DNA from: Dictyostelium discoideum
Taxonomy: Eukaryota
Reading direction: 5' to 3'
NCBI GenBank assembly: GCA_000004695.1
Contig: CM000152.2
Span: 5,280,001 to 5,344,000, forward strand
Length of the DNA: 64,000 nt
Made by a program: the position numbers and the translations under genes. Shown here piece after piece: positions 1 to 13,427 of this stretch; the first letter of the stretch is position 1; each line of letters begins with the position of its first letter. A model generated the notes under the pieces. The model was not told the DNA's origin. It did no database searches and saw only the letters and a list, made by a program, of their open reading frames with translations.

Positions 1-232
1 TCCAAATCACCTCTCAAATCAACATCCAAATCACCTCTCAAATCAACATCCATTTCACCTTCCAATTCACCATTTAAATCACCATTTAAATCACCTTCCA
101 AATCACCATTTAAATTACCTTCCAAATCACCATCCATTTCACCTTCCAATTCACCATTTAAATCACCTTCCAATTCACCATTTAAATCACCATTTAAATC
201 ACCTTCCAAATCACCATCAATAGGAAAAATCG
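1..232. repeat. Imperfect tandem repeat of an ~18-bp unit (tccaaatcaccatttaaa / tccaaatcaccttccaat), about 12 copies, starting at the window edge
   Basis: Periodic repetition visible directly in the sequence; it is coding-like in one plus-strand frame (see next feature). Confidence 0.8.
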
Positions 233-347
233 TTAATGTGATACCTTCAAAAAAAGTTGCAAAAACAAAGTCAACAAGGACACAAAAATTAGAACTTGAT
301 TTGGTTGCAATTAATAGAAGGGGGTATGGGGAAATTAGAAAATAAAA
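1..347 (+). CDS. Possible 3'-terminal coding fragment of a Ser-Pro-Lys repeat protein (…SKSPFKSPSNSPFKSP… then a unique tail IGKIVNVIPSKKVAKTKSTRTQKLELDLVAINRRGYGEIRK, stop taa ~345-347); the gene would begin upstream of the window
   Basis: Plus frame open from nt 1 for about 115 codons through the repeat, ending in a non-repetitive tail and a stop, followed by an A-rich tract. No similarity recognised. Confidence 0.3.
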
Positions 348-580
348 ACAAGTGGCCAAATCAAAAAAACAAAAAAAACACAAATCAACACAAAAAATTA
401 AAAAAAAAAAAAAAAATTAAAAATTAAAAAAAAAAAAAATTGAAAAAAATAAAAAAAAATTACATTTGTTAAAAAAAATAAAAAAAAATAAAAAAAAATA
501 AAACTTAAAAAAAATTGAAAAAACAAAATAAAAAAAAAAAATTGAAAAAACAAAATAAAAAAAAATTTCAAAAAAAAAGA

Positions 581-979
581 ATGATCGAAGAATTAATAGA
601 TTCGATAAAACTCTTAAGAAATTTAGCCATTGAATATGGCAATGAAGAATAGTTAGATTCAGAGGAAAATTTGACTAAATTCCTCGAAAAAGCAGCCAAA
701 GTACTATATGTAAATAGTGGTGATGCTTTAATCGTTAAAAATTCAAATATGATGTTAGAAGCATTAGAATTAAAATCAAAACAATTTCACCAACATTGTG
801 TAAAAACTGTAATAGAAAACGAATTATATTTGGACTTTTTTGTATACAAAGGAAAATGCAAAAACATCAAATGCACCAGAGGTAACAAAGCTAGAAAAAA
901 TTCAATTGTGTGCAGTGTTTACAGTGATATGGTAAATCAAGCAATTGAACAACTCAGGGAGTTAATAAAAATAAATTAA
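581..979 (+). pseudogene. ORF pair in one frame interrupted by an in-frame TAG (647-649): MIEELIDSIKLLRNLAIEYGNEE*LDSEENLTKFLEKAAK…IEQLRELIKIN; possible nonsense-disrupted gene or transposon-associated remnant
   Basis: ATG at 581 and the track ORF 671..979 (which starts at TTG) share one frame, separated only by TAG. No intron-like GT…AG interval fits. Product unrecognised. Confidence 0.25.
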
Positions 980-1120
980 TAAAAATAAATTAAAAAAAAA
1001 AAAATTGAAAAAAAAAAAAAATTAACAATAATAATAAATAAAATAATAATTAAAACAAAAAATAAAATTACAATTTAATAAACAAATAAAAATTGAAAAA
1101 AATTTAAAAAAAAAAAATTG

Positions 1121-1153
<33 letters not shown>

Positions 1154-1258
1154 AACAATAATTATAATAAAAATAAATAAAATAATAATTAAAACAAAAA
1201 ATAAAATTTCAATTTAATAAACTTTATTTGTTTTTTGAAAAAAAAAAAAATTTAAGGT

Positions 1259-1340
1259 CAGTGATTTTTTTTTTTCACTACGCTACTGTAGTGAAATTAA
1301 ATAATAAAATTCACTACGCTACTGTAGTGAAATTTTATGG
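1259..1340. repeat. Two copies of the near-palindromic 24-mer ttcactacgctactgtagtgaaat about 30 bp apart, preceded by cagtg
   Basis: Exact duplicate strings at ~1275-1298 and ~1308-1331. The core cactac…gtagtg is self-complementary. Possible transposon terminal or subterminal structure. Confidence 0.7.
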
Positions 1341-2399
1341 AAAATTCCCTACAACAAAGGATATTATCGATTATATCAATAATCATACACCGGAGAAAAA
1401 AACCTAAGAAATTTTACTATTTTGTGAGAAATTAAACTACCGCAAAAACACATATTTTAAGAAACGATATTATAATTTAATAAAATTTTTAACAAACTAA
1501 TATCAATTTCTAATTAATAATTAATCACACTTTATTATTAAATTATCATAAAATAATAAAAAAGAATCTTGCCATAATAAAAATATATTTTAATAAATTA
1601 AAAATTGATAAAATCTAATATTATTTAATTAAAATTGAATATTAATTTGTAATTAAATTATAAAAAATTTATTGATTTACCATATTGTGAGAAATTTTAC
1701 TATTGTAATTTCTCATTTATAAACATTAAACTATAATTTAATAAAATACAACAATAAATAGGAAATAATACTATTGTAATTTCTCATTTTTTAAAACATA
1801 AAACTATAGTTTAATATGATATTATATATTATTAAAAACTATAATAAAATGATAAAAAATAATGGGTGTACAATAAATATTTAAATAAAAAATATTAAAA
1901 TATAAGAATTTTTATTTTTTTTAAATAATTTATTCCTTATTTATTATTTGATATCATACCTTTACATAATGGCAATATTAATCTGTCTGAATTTTTACTA
2001 ACTAAATTTATTGGACATTGTGCCAAAAAAGCCAAATTATTTTTCTAAATTTTTATTATTTTTTTTTTTTAAGTTGTTTCATCAATTTTATTTATTCTAA
2101 TTTAATAATAAGTTTACTGATTTTATTAAAACAAATAATGAAAATTTACTTACTTTGGGAAAAAAAAAAGGTGAAAAAAAAAAGAAAAAAAAAATGATTT
2201 ACTCTTTGGGAAAAAAAAAAATTATGAAAAAAAAAAAAAATAAAATTAAAATATTGTGCGGATTGGCCAAATCAAACACTTTTTAATATTTTTTTTTTAA
2301 ATTTTTCAAACCAAACACTTTTTTTTTTATTTTTTTTTTTTTTTATTTGTTTTTTTTTTTTTTTAATTAAAATCCAATGAACAGTTCTTTGTTTTTAAT

Positions 2400-2830
2400 T
2401 AGAGAATTATCGATGGTGTCAATAATCTCATCAAGGAAGGACCCATGGGAATTACGTTCTCGGTAGAAATGTTCTTGATATAGCCAAAGAAACGCTCAAT
2501 GGGATTCAACTCTGGGAATAGGAAGGAAGAAATATCAATTGAACCGAATATTGATTAAACAATTCAAATAGTGCATTTAAAGCTTCGATACCACCGTGAA
2601 TTGGAGCATTGTCCATTACCAATAATAAACCAGGCTTGCAAAATCCACTTTCCAAAAGTTCTCTAACATATTGAAAGAAGTCTTCGGTATTATTGGTTTT
2701 ATCACGGATTTTATACAAACAATCATCCAAACAGATGGTGAAAAACCCATGTAGGTCTCAGAAATGCTGGTGCTATTAGTAACATAAACCGGCTCTCCAA
2801 TTGGTCCAACATCTTTAGATCTCCTTAATT
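2400..2830 (-). pseudogene. Tc1-like DDE transposase C-terminal fragment (…GLLLVMDNAPIHGG…FLPSYSP/ELNPIERFFGYIKN…), frameshifted
   Basis: Motifs DNAPIH and (Y)SPELNPIE match the second-D and third-acidic catalytic regions of Tc1/IS630 transposases. The reading frame changes by 1 nt near 2500-2510 and the ORF lacks the N-terminal half. Confidence 0.6.
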
Positions 2831-2982
2831 CTAATAAAAAACTTTATTAGTTTTAATTATTTATTTTGTAATAAATAAAAAAAAATTAATAAATAGTTAT
2901 ATAATTACCTTATAATGCTAATAGTGGAATACAGAAAGGATGGAAAGACAAATATTTAAAAAAAAAAATTTATTAAAAAAAG

Positions 2983-3015
<33 letters not shown>

Positions 3016-3068
3016 AGTACAAATATTTATATTCAATCTAAAATAATAAAATATACCTCTAGAAGAAA

Positions 3069-3329
3069 ATGAGCATTCATTCTTTTAGGTTTCATTATAT
3101 TATTACTATTATTACTACTATATTGCTATTGCTATCACTATTGTTACTATTATTACTACTATATTGCTATTGCTGTTACTATTATTACTATTATTACTAC
3201 TATATTGCTCTTGCTATTACTGTTATTACTATTATTACTATTATTACTACTATAATGCTATTGCTATTACTATTATTACTATTATTACTATTACCATTAC
3301 TACTATATAGCTATTGCTATAACTATTGA
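3069..3329. repeat. Minisatellite (ttactattattactactatattgctattgcta…) imperfect tandem repeat
   Basis: Visible periodicity. The track ORF here is a repeat translation artefact. Confidence 0.8.
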
Positions 3330-4125
3330 TATTAATATTTCTATTTCTATTACTATTATATGTATAATTAATTATATTATTATTTTGGTTTTATTAATTA
3401 TGTTTTTTAAATTGTTTTTATTATTATAAACTAAAAGTGGTTTTTTTTATTTAAAATAAAAAATGATCATTTGATTTTAACCAAAAATATAGATGTGATG
3501 GTTTAATATTATAATGGCCATAGTTTTTATAAATGAACAATTGTATTTCATTTTATTTATAGTTGGTTAAAATAATTAGTGAATTTTTTTAACTGTAAAA
3601 CATTTCCCCCTTTTTTTCAAATAAAAAGAAAATTAAAAAAAAAAAAATCAAATTATATTAAATTAAAAACAGTTGGAGATATTTTCCCACTTTTTTTTAA
3701 ATTAAAAAAAGAAAAATAAAAATAAAATAAAAATAAAATAAAAACAAAATCTTTGATCAAAAATATATTAACTCGGTTGCAATGAAATATTTTAAGTATT
3801 TAAATAGATTTTTTTTTTTTTAACTTTAATTATTTTATTCACTCATATTTTATTTATCTATTATTTTTTTTTTCTTTTCATATTTATTTTATTTATTATT
3901 TATTATTTATTAATATCATTTTCGTTTATATATTTAAACATACCTCAATTTTATAATGGACTCAACCAAACTATATTGTAATCACAAACTCAATAGCAAT
4001 TGCACCAGCCAAAAAGAAGTGGTGCTACACCATGCCAACCATGCCCAGGATATCCTAAAAAATTAAAAATTTGTTTGAGTTGTTCCTTTCATCCAAAGGT
4101 AATTTGTTTATAAAATAAACAATAA

Positions 4126-4243
<118 letters not shown>

Positions 4244-5532
4244 TAAAATAAATAAAATTTTTTTTATTTTCAAAGAAATTTTAGTATAAAACATTTTTAT
4301 TGTGTAGTTTTAAATTTTTAAAATTAAAAACAAATAAATATTCATAATAATTAACTTAGAAAGTTTTTTAATATTTTTTAGTGAGTTTAAACCCTTTTTT
4401 TATTTTTTTAATTTTTTTTTTTATGATTAATTTTCTAAAAACGCACAATAAAAAAAAAAAAAAAAAGTAAAAAAAAAAAAAAGTTTGAAAATATAGTAAA
4501 AATGGATAAAAAAATAAAAAAAAAACCAAGTTCAAAATTAATAAAATTTTGCTTTTTTTCGCATATTTATTCTTATAATATATCTTATTTTTATTAATTC
4601 AATTCCTATATTTTTAAAAATAATAAAAAGTTTCATTTAATATATAAATTTTTTTTTTTTATAAAATTTATTATTTTTTATCTTATTTTTTAGGGATTAC
4701 TTATATTTTAATAAAATATGTTGAATATTATAAAATTTTCCAATTTAGAATTTATTTTATTATTTTTTAAACATCTTATTATTAAAACCATAATTAATAA
4801 AATTTATAACCTTCTTATATATTATCTCATTTTTTTAGTATTTATTATATTTTAATAAAATATGTTAAAAACTATATAATATTTCAATTTTTAATATATT
4901 TTATTATTTTTTTTTTATTATTTTTTATCTTATTTTTTCATATATTTTATTAAAAATAATAAAGGTTACATTATTTATAAATAATCTTATTTTTTAGTAT
5001 TAATTAAATTTTAATAAAAAATGCTATTTTTTTTTTTATAATAAGTTTCATTTTTTTATAAATTTTATAAATTTTATTTTTTTTATTTTTTTGTTATAAT
5101 TAATCTTATTTTTTAATAATTTTTATTAATTTATAAAATAGCTTTACAAACTTTTATTAAAATTTAATTTAATTAATTATATTTTAACATTTTATAAGGT
5201 TTTTTTTTCCCGTGATATCTTAATTAAACAATTCATAATATTGGCAAATATAAAATTAAAAATAAAAAATAAAAAATAAAAAATAAAAAAATAATATATA
5301 AATAAAAAAATAAAATAAAATAAATATGAATAATAAAAATTTAGAAATCTACACAAAAAAAGGTGTTTTGCATTTATGTAGGGCTATATTATTTTTTTTT
5401 TTTTATTCTCAACCCAAAACACCTTTTTATACTTTTCACAAATATAATAAAAAAAAAATTAAAAAAAAATTACTGTTGAATTTTAAGAAAATAAAAAAAC
5501 TAATAAAAAATGAGTTTAAAAGATTTGTTTAT

Positions 5533-8500
5533 TTAATTTTTAAAAATATAGTTTATATGATTTTGAATCATTTTTTCATTAACCATTCCTCCTTCATATG
5601 AGTTCATTGATTGTAATAATTCTTTAGTTTTCTTTGAAACACCAAATCCATTACCCAAGTTATAAATATTATATAAATCATCTAATGAATGGAATGTTTT
5701 TAATTTTACACATGATAGAATCTTTGATTGATTAATGATATTCTTCCATTGTTCATATTCAACCATTTCACATCCATATTGCTTTTCCAAGAATGAGAAT
5801 GAAGGGTTCATTGCTGAAACTTCACTATTTAAACTATAGATATTTAATTGATTTGAAGATGATTTATTCCAACATTTTTCATTTCCAATCATTTTAATTG
5901 TATTTAAACTTATCCAACCAATTGGTGATGTTAATATGTTTTTATCAATTTTTGGATACTTTTTAACTGCATAACATGATTGAATAATTAATTGGAAGAA
6001 ATCAGAATCATGACCAATACCTGTTTCTTCATGTGAGAATATAATTGGTGGTCTAATTAACATTGATGGAATACCTCTTTTTGCTACTTCTCTTAATAAA
6101 TTTTCAACAACTACTTTACTTTTCATATAACCACCTGGTAAATTATTAATATTTTCAATTGTTGGTATTACTGTTTCTTCATCAAATTCTTTACAATTTG
6201 ATGCATTAAAGAATACTGATACTGAGCTAAATCCTACAATTGGTTTTTGATAATCACCAGTTGTTGAAAGTTTAATTAATTCAATGAAACCACCAATATT
6301 TACAACTTTACTCTCTTCATAATTTGATGCTAAATTAATATCGGCACCTGAATTAATTATTAAATTAATTTGATTTGAAATATAATCAAAATCTAATTTT
6401 GATAATCCTAATAATGGTGATGCTAAATTACCAACTATTACTTTAATTTTTGATAATTCAAATTCATTGTGAAAGTGATATAGTTTATGATGTTTCAAAT
6501 TATTAATTATAGCATTGATTGGATTTGGTTCTGATTTTTTATTTCTAATTAAACAATATACAACTGAACAATTTGGTGATTTAATTAAGTTTGATAATAA
6601 ATGAACACCTAAAAATCCGGTTGCACCTGTTAAAAATACTTTTGAATCATTTCTAAAATCAATTGGATTCATTTTAATTGCTTGAATTGATTCATCTAAT
6701 TTCATTTCATTTCTCCAATAGTCTAAAGTTGGTGCTGAATCTTTTTTAATAATATTTTTTGATTTTCCTTTAGTTTCATTTGAATCTAGTTTTTTGATTT
6801 GTTCTAAAATAGTTTGAATATTCATATCAATTGTATTATTTTGTAACTGTTGAAGTGTAATTACATTTGATTTAATATCTTTATCAATGAAATTCTTTAA
6901 TTGTACTGAAGTTAATGAATCTGCTCCATAATCACTTAAACGAATATCTGTGTTGATCTTTGATTGTTCAATTGATAAGAGTTCTGAAATTTTATTTAAA
7001 ATCTTTGTTTGTATACTTTCTGATACACTATTTTCACCACCATTACTATCATTATCTTTTTCTTTGATTGAATTTAAAATGAAATCTAATCTTTGGAAAG
7101 TTGATGTTTCTGATGATAATTTCTTAATTGAATCATAGTTAAATTTACTAACAATTAAGTTTGAATTTTTATTTGAATTTTGAAGTTGTAAATCTAATGA
7201 ACCTAAAATTATATTTGTTGGAATTGGAATGAAACCTTGATCATCTAACATTTTTGAAACTAATTCATTTCTTGATACAAAACCTGCTGATTTAATTGCA
7301 CCCCAATTTGTACATGTTGATGGTAAACCAATTGATTTACGATATCTTGATAATGAATCTAATACTAAATTTGCAGAAACATAACTACATTGGTTGAATG
7401 AGCCAAATAATGATGCAATCGATGATGCCATAACAAATTGTTTTAATTTCCATGATTTCTCAATTGAAATTTCATGTAAATTAATTGCACCCATCGTTTT
7501 AGCATTATGTGAAATATCTAATGATTCAATATCGATTTCTTCTACTTCTTTAGTTATTTGAGCGAATGCATAATGGAATATTGAATCAATGTTATCAATA
7601 TTTGGATTTTCTAATAAAATTTGATTAATTGATTTTCTCATTTCAATTGGATCACCAACATCTACACTCTTGAAATGGAATTTAGTGTTATTATCCTTTC
7701 TTGATATTGTTTTATTGATTAATAGTTCTAACTCCCATTTTAATGATGATTTTGATAAAATGATAATGTTTTCAAATGATTCTGTTGGTGAATATTTAAT
7801 TAACCATTTTAAGATTTCTAAAATAATACCTGATTGACCTGTAATAATTATATTTTTACCAATTATATTTTTTGTATCAATTTTGAAATCATATTTTAGT
7901 ATTGTGTGATTCTTTTCATTGTTATCTGATTCAATGAGTTGATTTAATAATCCATCACTACCGATACTACCATTTGAACAACTATGATCTAATACAATTT
8001 TACCAATATGTTTTCTTTGATTAATATATTCAATTGCTTCTTTGACATCTTCAATCTGGAATGTTGTTATTGGAATTGGTTTTAATTTGTTTTCATTTAA
8101 AGCATTTGAAATGGATTTTAATAATCTTGAAACTACTTTTTTATTAATATGCATAAGTTCAATATTATGATAACTCTTGTTAAATTTGAAATTGTTGAAA
8201 TTTAAAAATTCATTGTTATTTAAATGGGTAATTGAAAGATCAATGATTTTACCTCTTTCTTTTAAACATAAAAAGTTTGAATGTGTAAATTCATTTGGTA
8301 ATGTATTTATAATTAAATCTACTCCGTTGAATTTACCAGTTGTACCATAAAGTTGATTTAATTTTGATTTGATTTCATTTACATAGTTTTTATTTCTTGA
8401 TGAATAAATACCAGTTATGAATGATCCATAATTATCAATTAAATATTGTTCTTTATCTTTTGAACCTACTGTGACGAAAATTGGTGATTTATGACCTTTC

Positions 8501-11500
8501 CATTTTAATATTTCTAATGTTGCTAAACCAATACCACCTGTTGCTGAGTGAATTAAAATTACTTCATCATCATCGATATTAAAATTACCAATGTTGAACA
8601 TACCATGAAGACATGTTGAAAAAATGACTGGTAATGATGCTGCTTCAACATGACTAATATTCTCAGGTTTATGTGAAACATAAAGTACATCAGCTATAAC
8701 ATGTGAAGCGGTTGTGTCACAAGCTATACCAAATACATTATCGCCTACTTTAAATTCACAATTTTGATTCTCATTAGATATTCTTGTGATAATACCTGAA
8801 AATTCGAGACCAAGTGGATTTTTAGATATTGATACATTTTCATCAATAACAACTAAACCACGATAAATTAAATAATCTTTATAATTAATACCTGTTGCTA
8901 AAACTTTGACTTCAATTTGATTCTTTTTTAATTTCTTTGGTTTTGATGCTAATTTGTATTCTAAATTTGTTGAATCTAAGAGTGTCATAAAGTCATTATC
9001 TTCGAACGAATTTGAATTGAAGTTTGATTTTATATTCTTTTCATTCTTTAATATTTCATAATAAATTGAATTATTTCTAATTATATATTCTCTTTGAATA
9101 TGGTTATTTGAATTTTCAATCAATTGATTAATGATTTTATTTAATAATGATGATATTGATAATTGATTATCAAAATCGATTGAATATAGATTTAAACTTG
9201 GAAATTCATTAAAGTATCTTGCTGTACCTATTATTGATGATGATAAATAGTTTTTGATTTGTGAATCAATAGTAATTAATACATGTTTACATGTTAAACT
9301 ATGTTTTAAAAGTTGTTGATTAATTTCAATATATTCCATTGTAATTTGTTTGAAATTATTCATTTCTAATTGTTCCATTGATTTAATAAAGTAAATTATT
9401 GAATCATTTGTTATTGAAGGTAATAATTGATTAAATTCATTAATATTCGATATTATTGTTTGTTTGCAGCTGATATGATTATTTGAAATTAATTTCATAA
9501 ATTCATTTGTATATTTTGATTCTTTTTCACAATAAATTATAATATTATCATTTTTATTGTTTGGAACAACTGTTAATTCATTTGATAATATTGTTGATTT
9601 TTGTGATTGTATTACTTTATTTGACTTTTGAATTTTGTTTTCATTAAAACCTAAATTTATTAAACTATCGATATTGTATTTATCACCAATATCATCTCCA
9701 ATTATTAATAATAATCCATTTGAAGAAAGAATATTAAATATTGATTTGATGATTGTTTCATCATCACCATCATTATTATTATTAATGATAATATCATAGT
9801 ATGATGGTTTTAACTGGGTTATATCATTTTTAAAGATTAAACTTGAATCGTGTAAAGTTGGAAGTTTATCATTTGAATTATCAATAATTGTAAATTCTAT
9901 ATCGATTTCTTGTAAACTATTATCATCGAAAATTTGATTTAATGTTTCAATGATTTGTTTTGATAATTCTAAATCTGAAAATGATTGTAAAATTCTAAAA
10001 ACAATTTTTTCATTTATAATTGGTTTGATTGTTTGTTTAATAATTTCTGTAACTGTATTGCTGCTGCTGATGCTGCTAAAAGTTTGATTATTATCAATGG
10101 ATAAAATATTAACTAATGAATCTTTACATTGTAAATTATTTGTAAATAATTCAGTTGTAGGATTATTAATTAATAAACTATTAAGTAATGGAAGAGTTGA
10201 ATGTAAAGATATACAATCCATTTCTAACAACTTTGTACCATCTTCTAATAAAACTAAAACTGATGATTTATAGCTATCTGATTCCAAGGAGATGAATTTT
10301 GCTTGACAATAGATATTCTTATATTTTAATTTGTCAGTTGGTATATTTTCAGAATAAACTTTTAAACCTTCAAGTCTTTCAAATACAAACTGGCTTGAAT
10401 TTGTAATGAATCCAACTATAGTTTGTGAACAACTATCTAATAAAGCTGTATTGAAAAATGATTTATCGTATGTTTGATAAACTGGCTTACCATCGATATC
10501 AAAGTTTTCAGTGTTTACTTGAATTTTAGATATAATACAATCATTACCAAAATACAACTCTTCAATTCCTTGGAAAGCTCCTAAATGAGTGATTCCAGTT
10601 ATTGATCTGGAATGTTTGTAAACTTCTTGTTTTGAAAGGGTTGTAAAATTACATTCTGATAGCAATTGATTTATATCATATTTAGATGAGTGATCATTAT
10701 TATTATCTTTTAGTGATATAAGTTGAAAGTTACCAGTACATGTTTGAACCCATTGATTTGTTTTATTATCTTTTATGTTGAATGTAACTCTATAATCAGT
10801 GTTACCTAATTGATAAACATTGGTTTGTAAAGTATGTTTGACATTTTCTTTTAAAACAAATGGTGCTAAAAATTCCAAGTTATTAATTATAATATCTTGA
10901 TTTGGGTAAAGTTTCATAATATTATCAGCATATCCAATACCTGGGAAGTAATATTTTCCTTTTACAATATGGTCTTTTAAGTATTTGAATGGATTTCTAT
11001 TTATATCGATTATTGATTCATATGATTTGTTATTTGATGAATAGTTAATCATTGATTTACCTAAACTGTTGAAAACATTTGGTCCATTTAATCTATATTG
11101 TTCAAAGTTAATATCAACTTTCCAATAGTGTTGTTCGTCGAATTGATAGTTTGGTAAACTGATATTGACCTTGCTGTTTCTAATGGAACTGACATCATCA
11201 TCATTGTGATTGAATTGACACTTGAAGTTTACATCATAACCTAAACAATAAATTTGTGAAATTGTTGAATGAATTTCATCTAAATCATTGGAGTTCTTTT
11301 TGTTTGTTGATGTTAATACTGAAACTGAATTAAAGTAACTTGATGATTTTGGTATCATTTGTTTTAAATAAAATGATAAACTTGGATGTGGTGAAACTTC
11401 AATAAATATTAATTCATTACCAAGTTTATTATTTTCAATGTGTTGATATAAATTTGAAATAGTTTGAGAGAATCTGACAGGTTGTATTATATTTTCATAA

Positions 11501-12785
11501 ACATAACTTGAATTGAATGGAGTAGTTTCATGATTAAATAAATTAGTTGTAACTGTTGAAAATGTTGGAATTCTTGATTGTTTTGATGGTATATCTAATG
11601 GTAAAATTTCATTTTTAGTTGAATGTTGACTACTTGTGTGGAATGATGATAATGAACCTAAAAATGCGCAAAAGATATTATTTTCTTTTAAATTTAATGA
11701 TATCTCTTTTAAAATATTTTCATTACCTGCAATTACAATTGATGTTGGTGAATTATAGCATGCAACTTCAATTGTTGGGTATTTATTTGAATAAAGCTCA
11801 ATAAATTCTGAATGACTGATATTAACTGATAACATTTTACCACATCCATTTGTATTATTTTGAGAAATTGATCTGTGATAAATTAATTTACAAACTGTTT
11901 GGAAATCTACCATACCTGAACAATATGATGTTGCGATTTCACCTAAACTATGACCAACGATGAATGATACATTGATACCCCAATGTTTGTATAGTTCAAA
12001 TAATGATATTTGTAACATTAATATCGATGGTTGAGCGATTATTGGTTGATGTATTGATATAATATCATCATCTTTAATTGATCTTAATTTATCTAAAACT
12101 GAGTATCCATAGTATTTACTTAACTCTTTATTGAATTTGTCCATCGATGATCTGAATATTGGTTCACATTCATAAAGTTGTTGAGCCATTTTATTCCATT
12201 GTGAACCTTGACCTCCGAAAACAATAACAACCAATGGTTGATTTCTTTTAATTGTAATATTTGAGGATTTGTCATTATTTGTTTTAAAGTACTTGTTTTT
12301 AGTTTTTAATTGATCCCAATTACTTGAAATTAAAACTGATCTTTGATATAGTTTCTTTGATTTTGAGTAAATTTGATTCTTAACAAACTCTTTGAATGAA
12401 TTTGTTGAAATTTTAATATCATTTATTATTAAGTCTTCATAATTTTTTAATGATTTTACTGAATTGGCTGAAAATGGTATTAAAAATCTTTGTTGTTGTT
12501 GTTGTTGTGATTCGGCAGGATAACTATGACCATTACCATTTTGATTGATTGATTGTTCAATAAACTGTGATAAAATTAAACAACAATTTGAACCAGTTAC
12601 ACCAAAGTTGTTAATAACCATTGATACTGGTTTTTCATTATTATTTGTAAATGGTATTGCTTCTGTTACAACTTTAATATTCCAATCTTTAAAGTTAATC
12701 TTTGGATTTGGTTGATCAAAATTAACATTTGGTGCATAATGTTTATTTTTAAACATTAAACAACATTTGATTAATGATGCAACAC
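5533..12785 (-). CDS. Type I iterative polyketide synthase, exon 3 of 3 (end of KS, then AT, DH, ER, KR, ACP and a C-terminal NAD-binding reductase-like domain)
   Basis: Motifs in the 2407-aa ORF: GHSLGE (AT active-site Ser); MDR/enoyl-reductase-like block …[10 protein letters not shown]…; [14 protein letters not shown] (ACP phosphopantetheine Ser); [14 protein letters not shown] (Rossmann motif of thioester-reductase/NAD_binding_4-type domains). Acceptor aatag|GTGTTGCATC at ~12785 continues the KS as …SG|[18 protein letters not shown]. Confidence 0.85.
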
Positions 12786-12864
12786 CTATTAATATTTATA
12801 AAATGAAAAAAAGAGTTAAAATTAATGTTTTTTATTTTTTTTTTTATAAATGGTTACAACTTAC

Positions 12865-13329
12865 CACTTGCAGCTTCAGAATGACCAATATTAGATTTGA
12901 GTGATCCAATGAGTAATGGTTTAGATGGTGTTGATGTTTTCGATGAATTTAGAGCCATTGATACACCTTCTACTTCAATTGGATCACCTGTTGGTGTTCC
13001 TGTACCATGACATTCTACGAAACTAATATCTGATGCTTTCATATTTGCACTTTTCAATGCTAATTTGATATTATCAGATTGTGATTGTTTGGATGGTGAA
13101 TAAAAGTTTGATTTATCATTTAAACCACCTCCATCGACATTTGAACTAAATGAATTAATTACACAATAAATATTATTACCATCTCTAATTGCGTCTGATA
13201 ATGGTTTTAAAATTACAATACCACAACTCTCTGCACGAATGTAACCATCTGCTTCTGAATCAAATGGTTTACATTTACCTTTTTTACTTAGCATATTTAA
13301 AAATGAAAATGATTTTGAAATGTATGGAT
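12865..13329 (-). CDS. PKS exon 2 (ketosynthase C-terminal half: …[12 protein letters not shown]…[14 protein letters not shown]…GHSEAASG)
   Basis: KS catalytic His motifs HGTGT and GHSEAASG. Donor GTAAGT immediately after …AGT G; acceptor tatatag|ATCCATAC at 13329-13330. Confidence 0.8.
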
Positions 13330-13427
13330 CTATATAAATAAATGTATATAATAATTAAAAAAAAAAGAAAAAGAAAATTGAAGAATAAAAATAAAATAAT
13401 AAATGTTTAAATTCTGAATTAACATAC

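Larger units (their letters stand above)
1250..2835 (-). mobile_element. Decayed Tc1/mariner (IS630-Tc1) family DNA transposon remnant, possibly a Dictyostelium DDT-type element. Contains short inverted/direct repeats (gagaaatt…aatttctc; tactattgtaatttctcat x2 at ~1697 and ~1771) and a transposase pseudogene
   Basis: Transposase-like coding remnant at 2400-2830 (minus) together with clustered short IR/DR motifs upstream. Boundaries uncertain. Confidence 0.45.

Noticed and set aside
3069-3329. Track ORFs encoding poly-Leu/poly-Tyr/poly-Ile peptides (3069-3329, 4055-4294, 17055-17237, 17964-18222, 33705-33977, 37369-37617, 44825-45068, 63205-63438 and others)
   Set aside because: They are translations of micro- and minisatellites or of the antisense strand of poly-Asn/Gln coding tracts. 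No real start context, extreme composition.
6950-11804. Short plus-strand ORFs (6950-7138, 11619-11804) inside the PKS gene
   Set aside because: Antisense to a well-supported 2400-aa domain-bearing ORF; no independent support.
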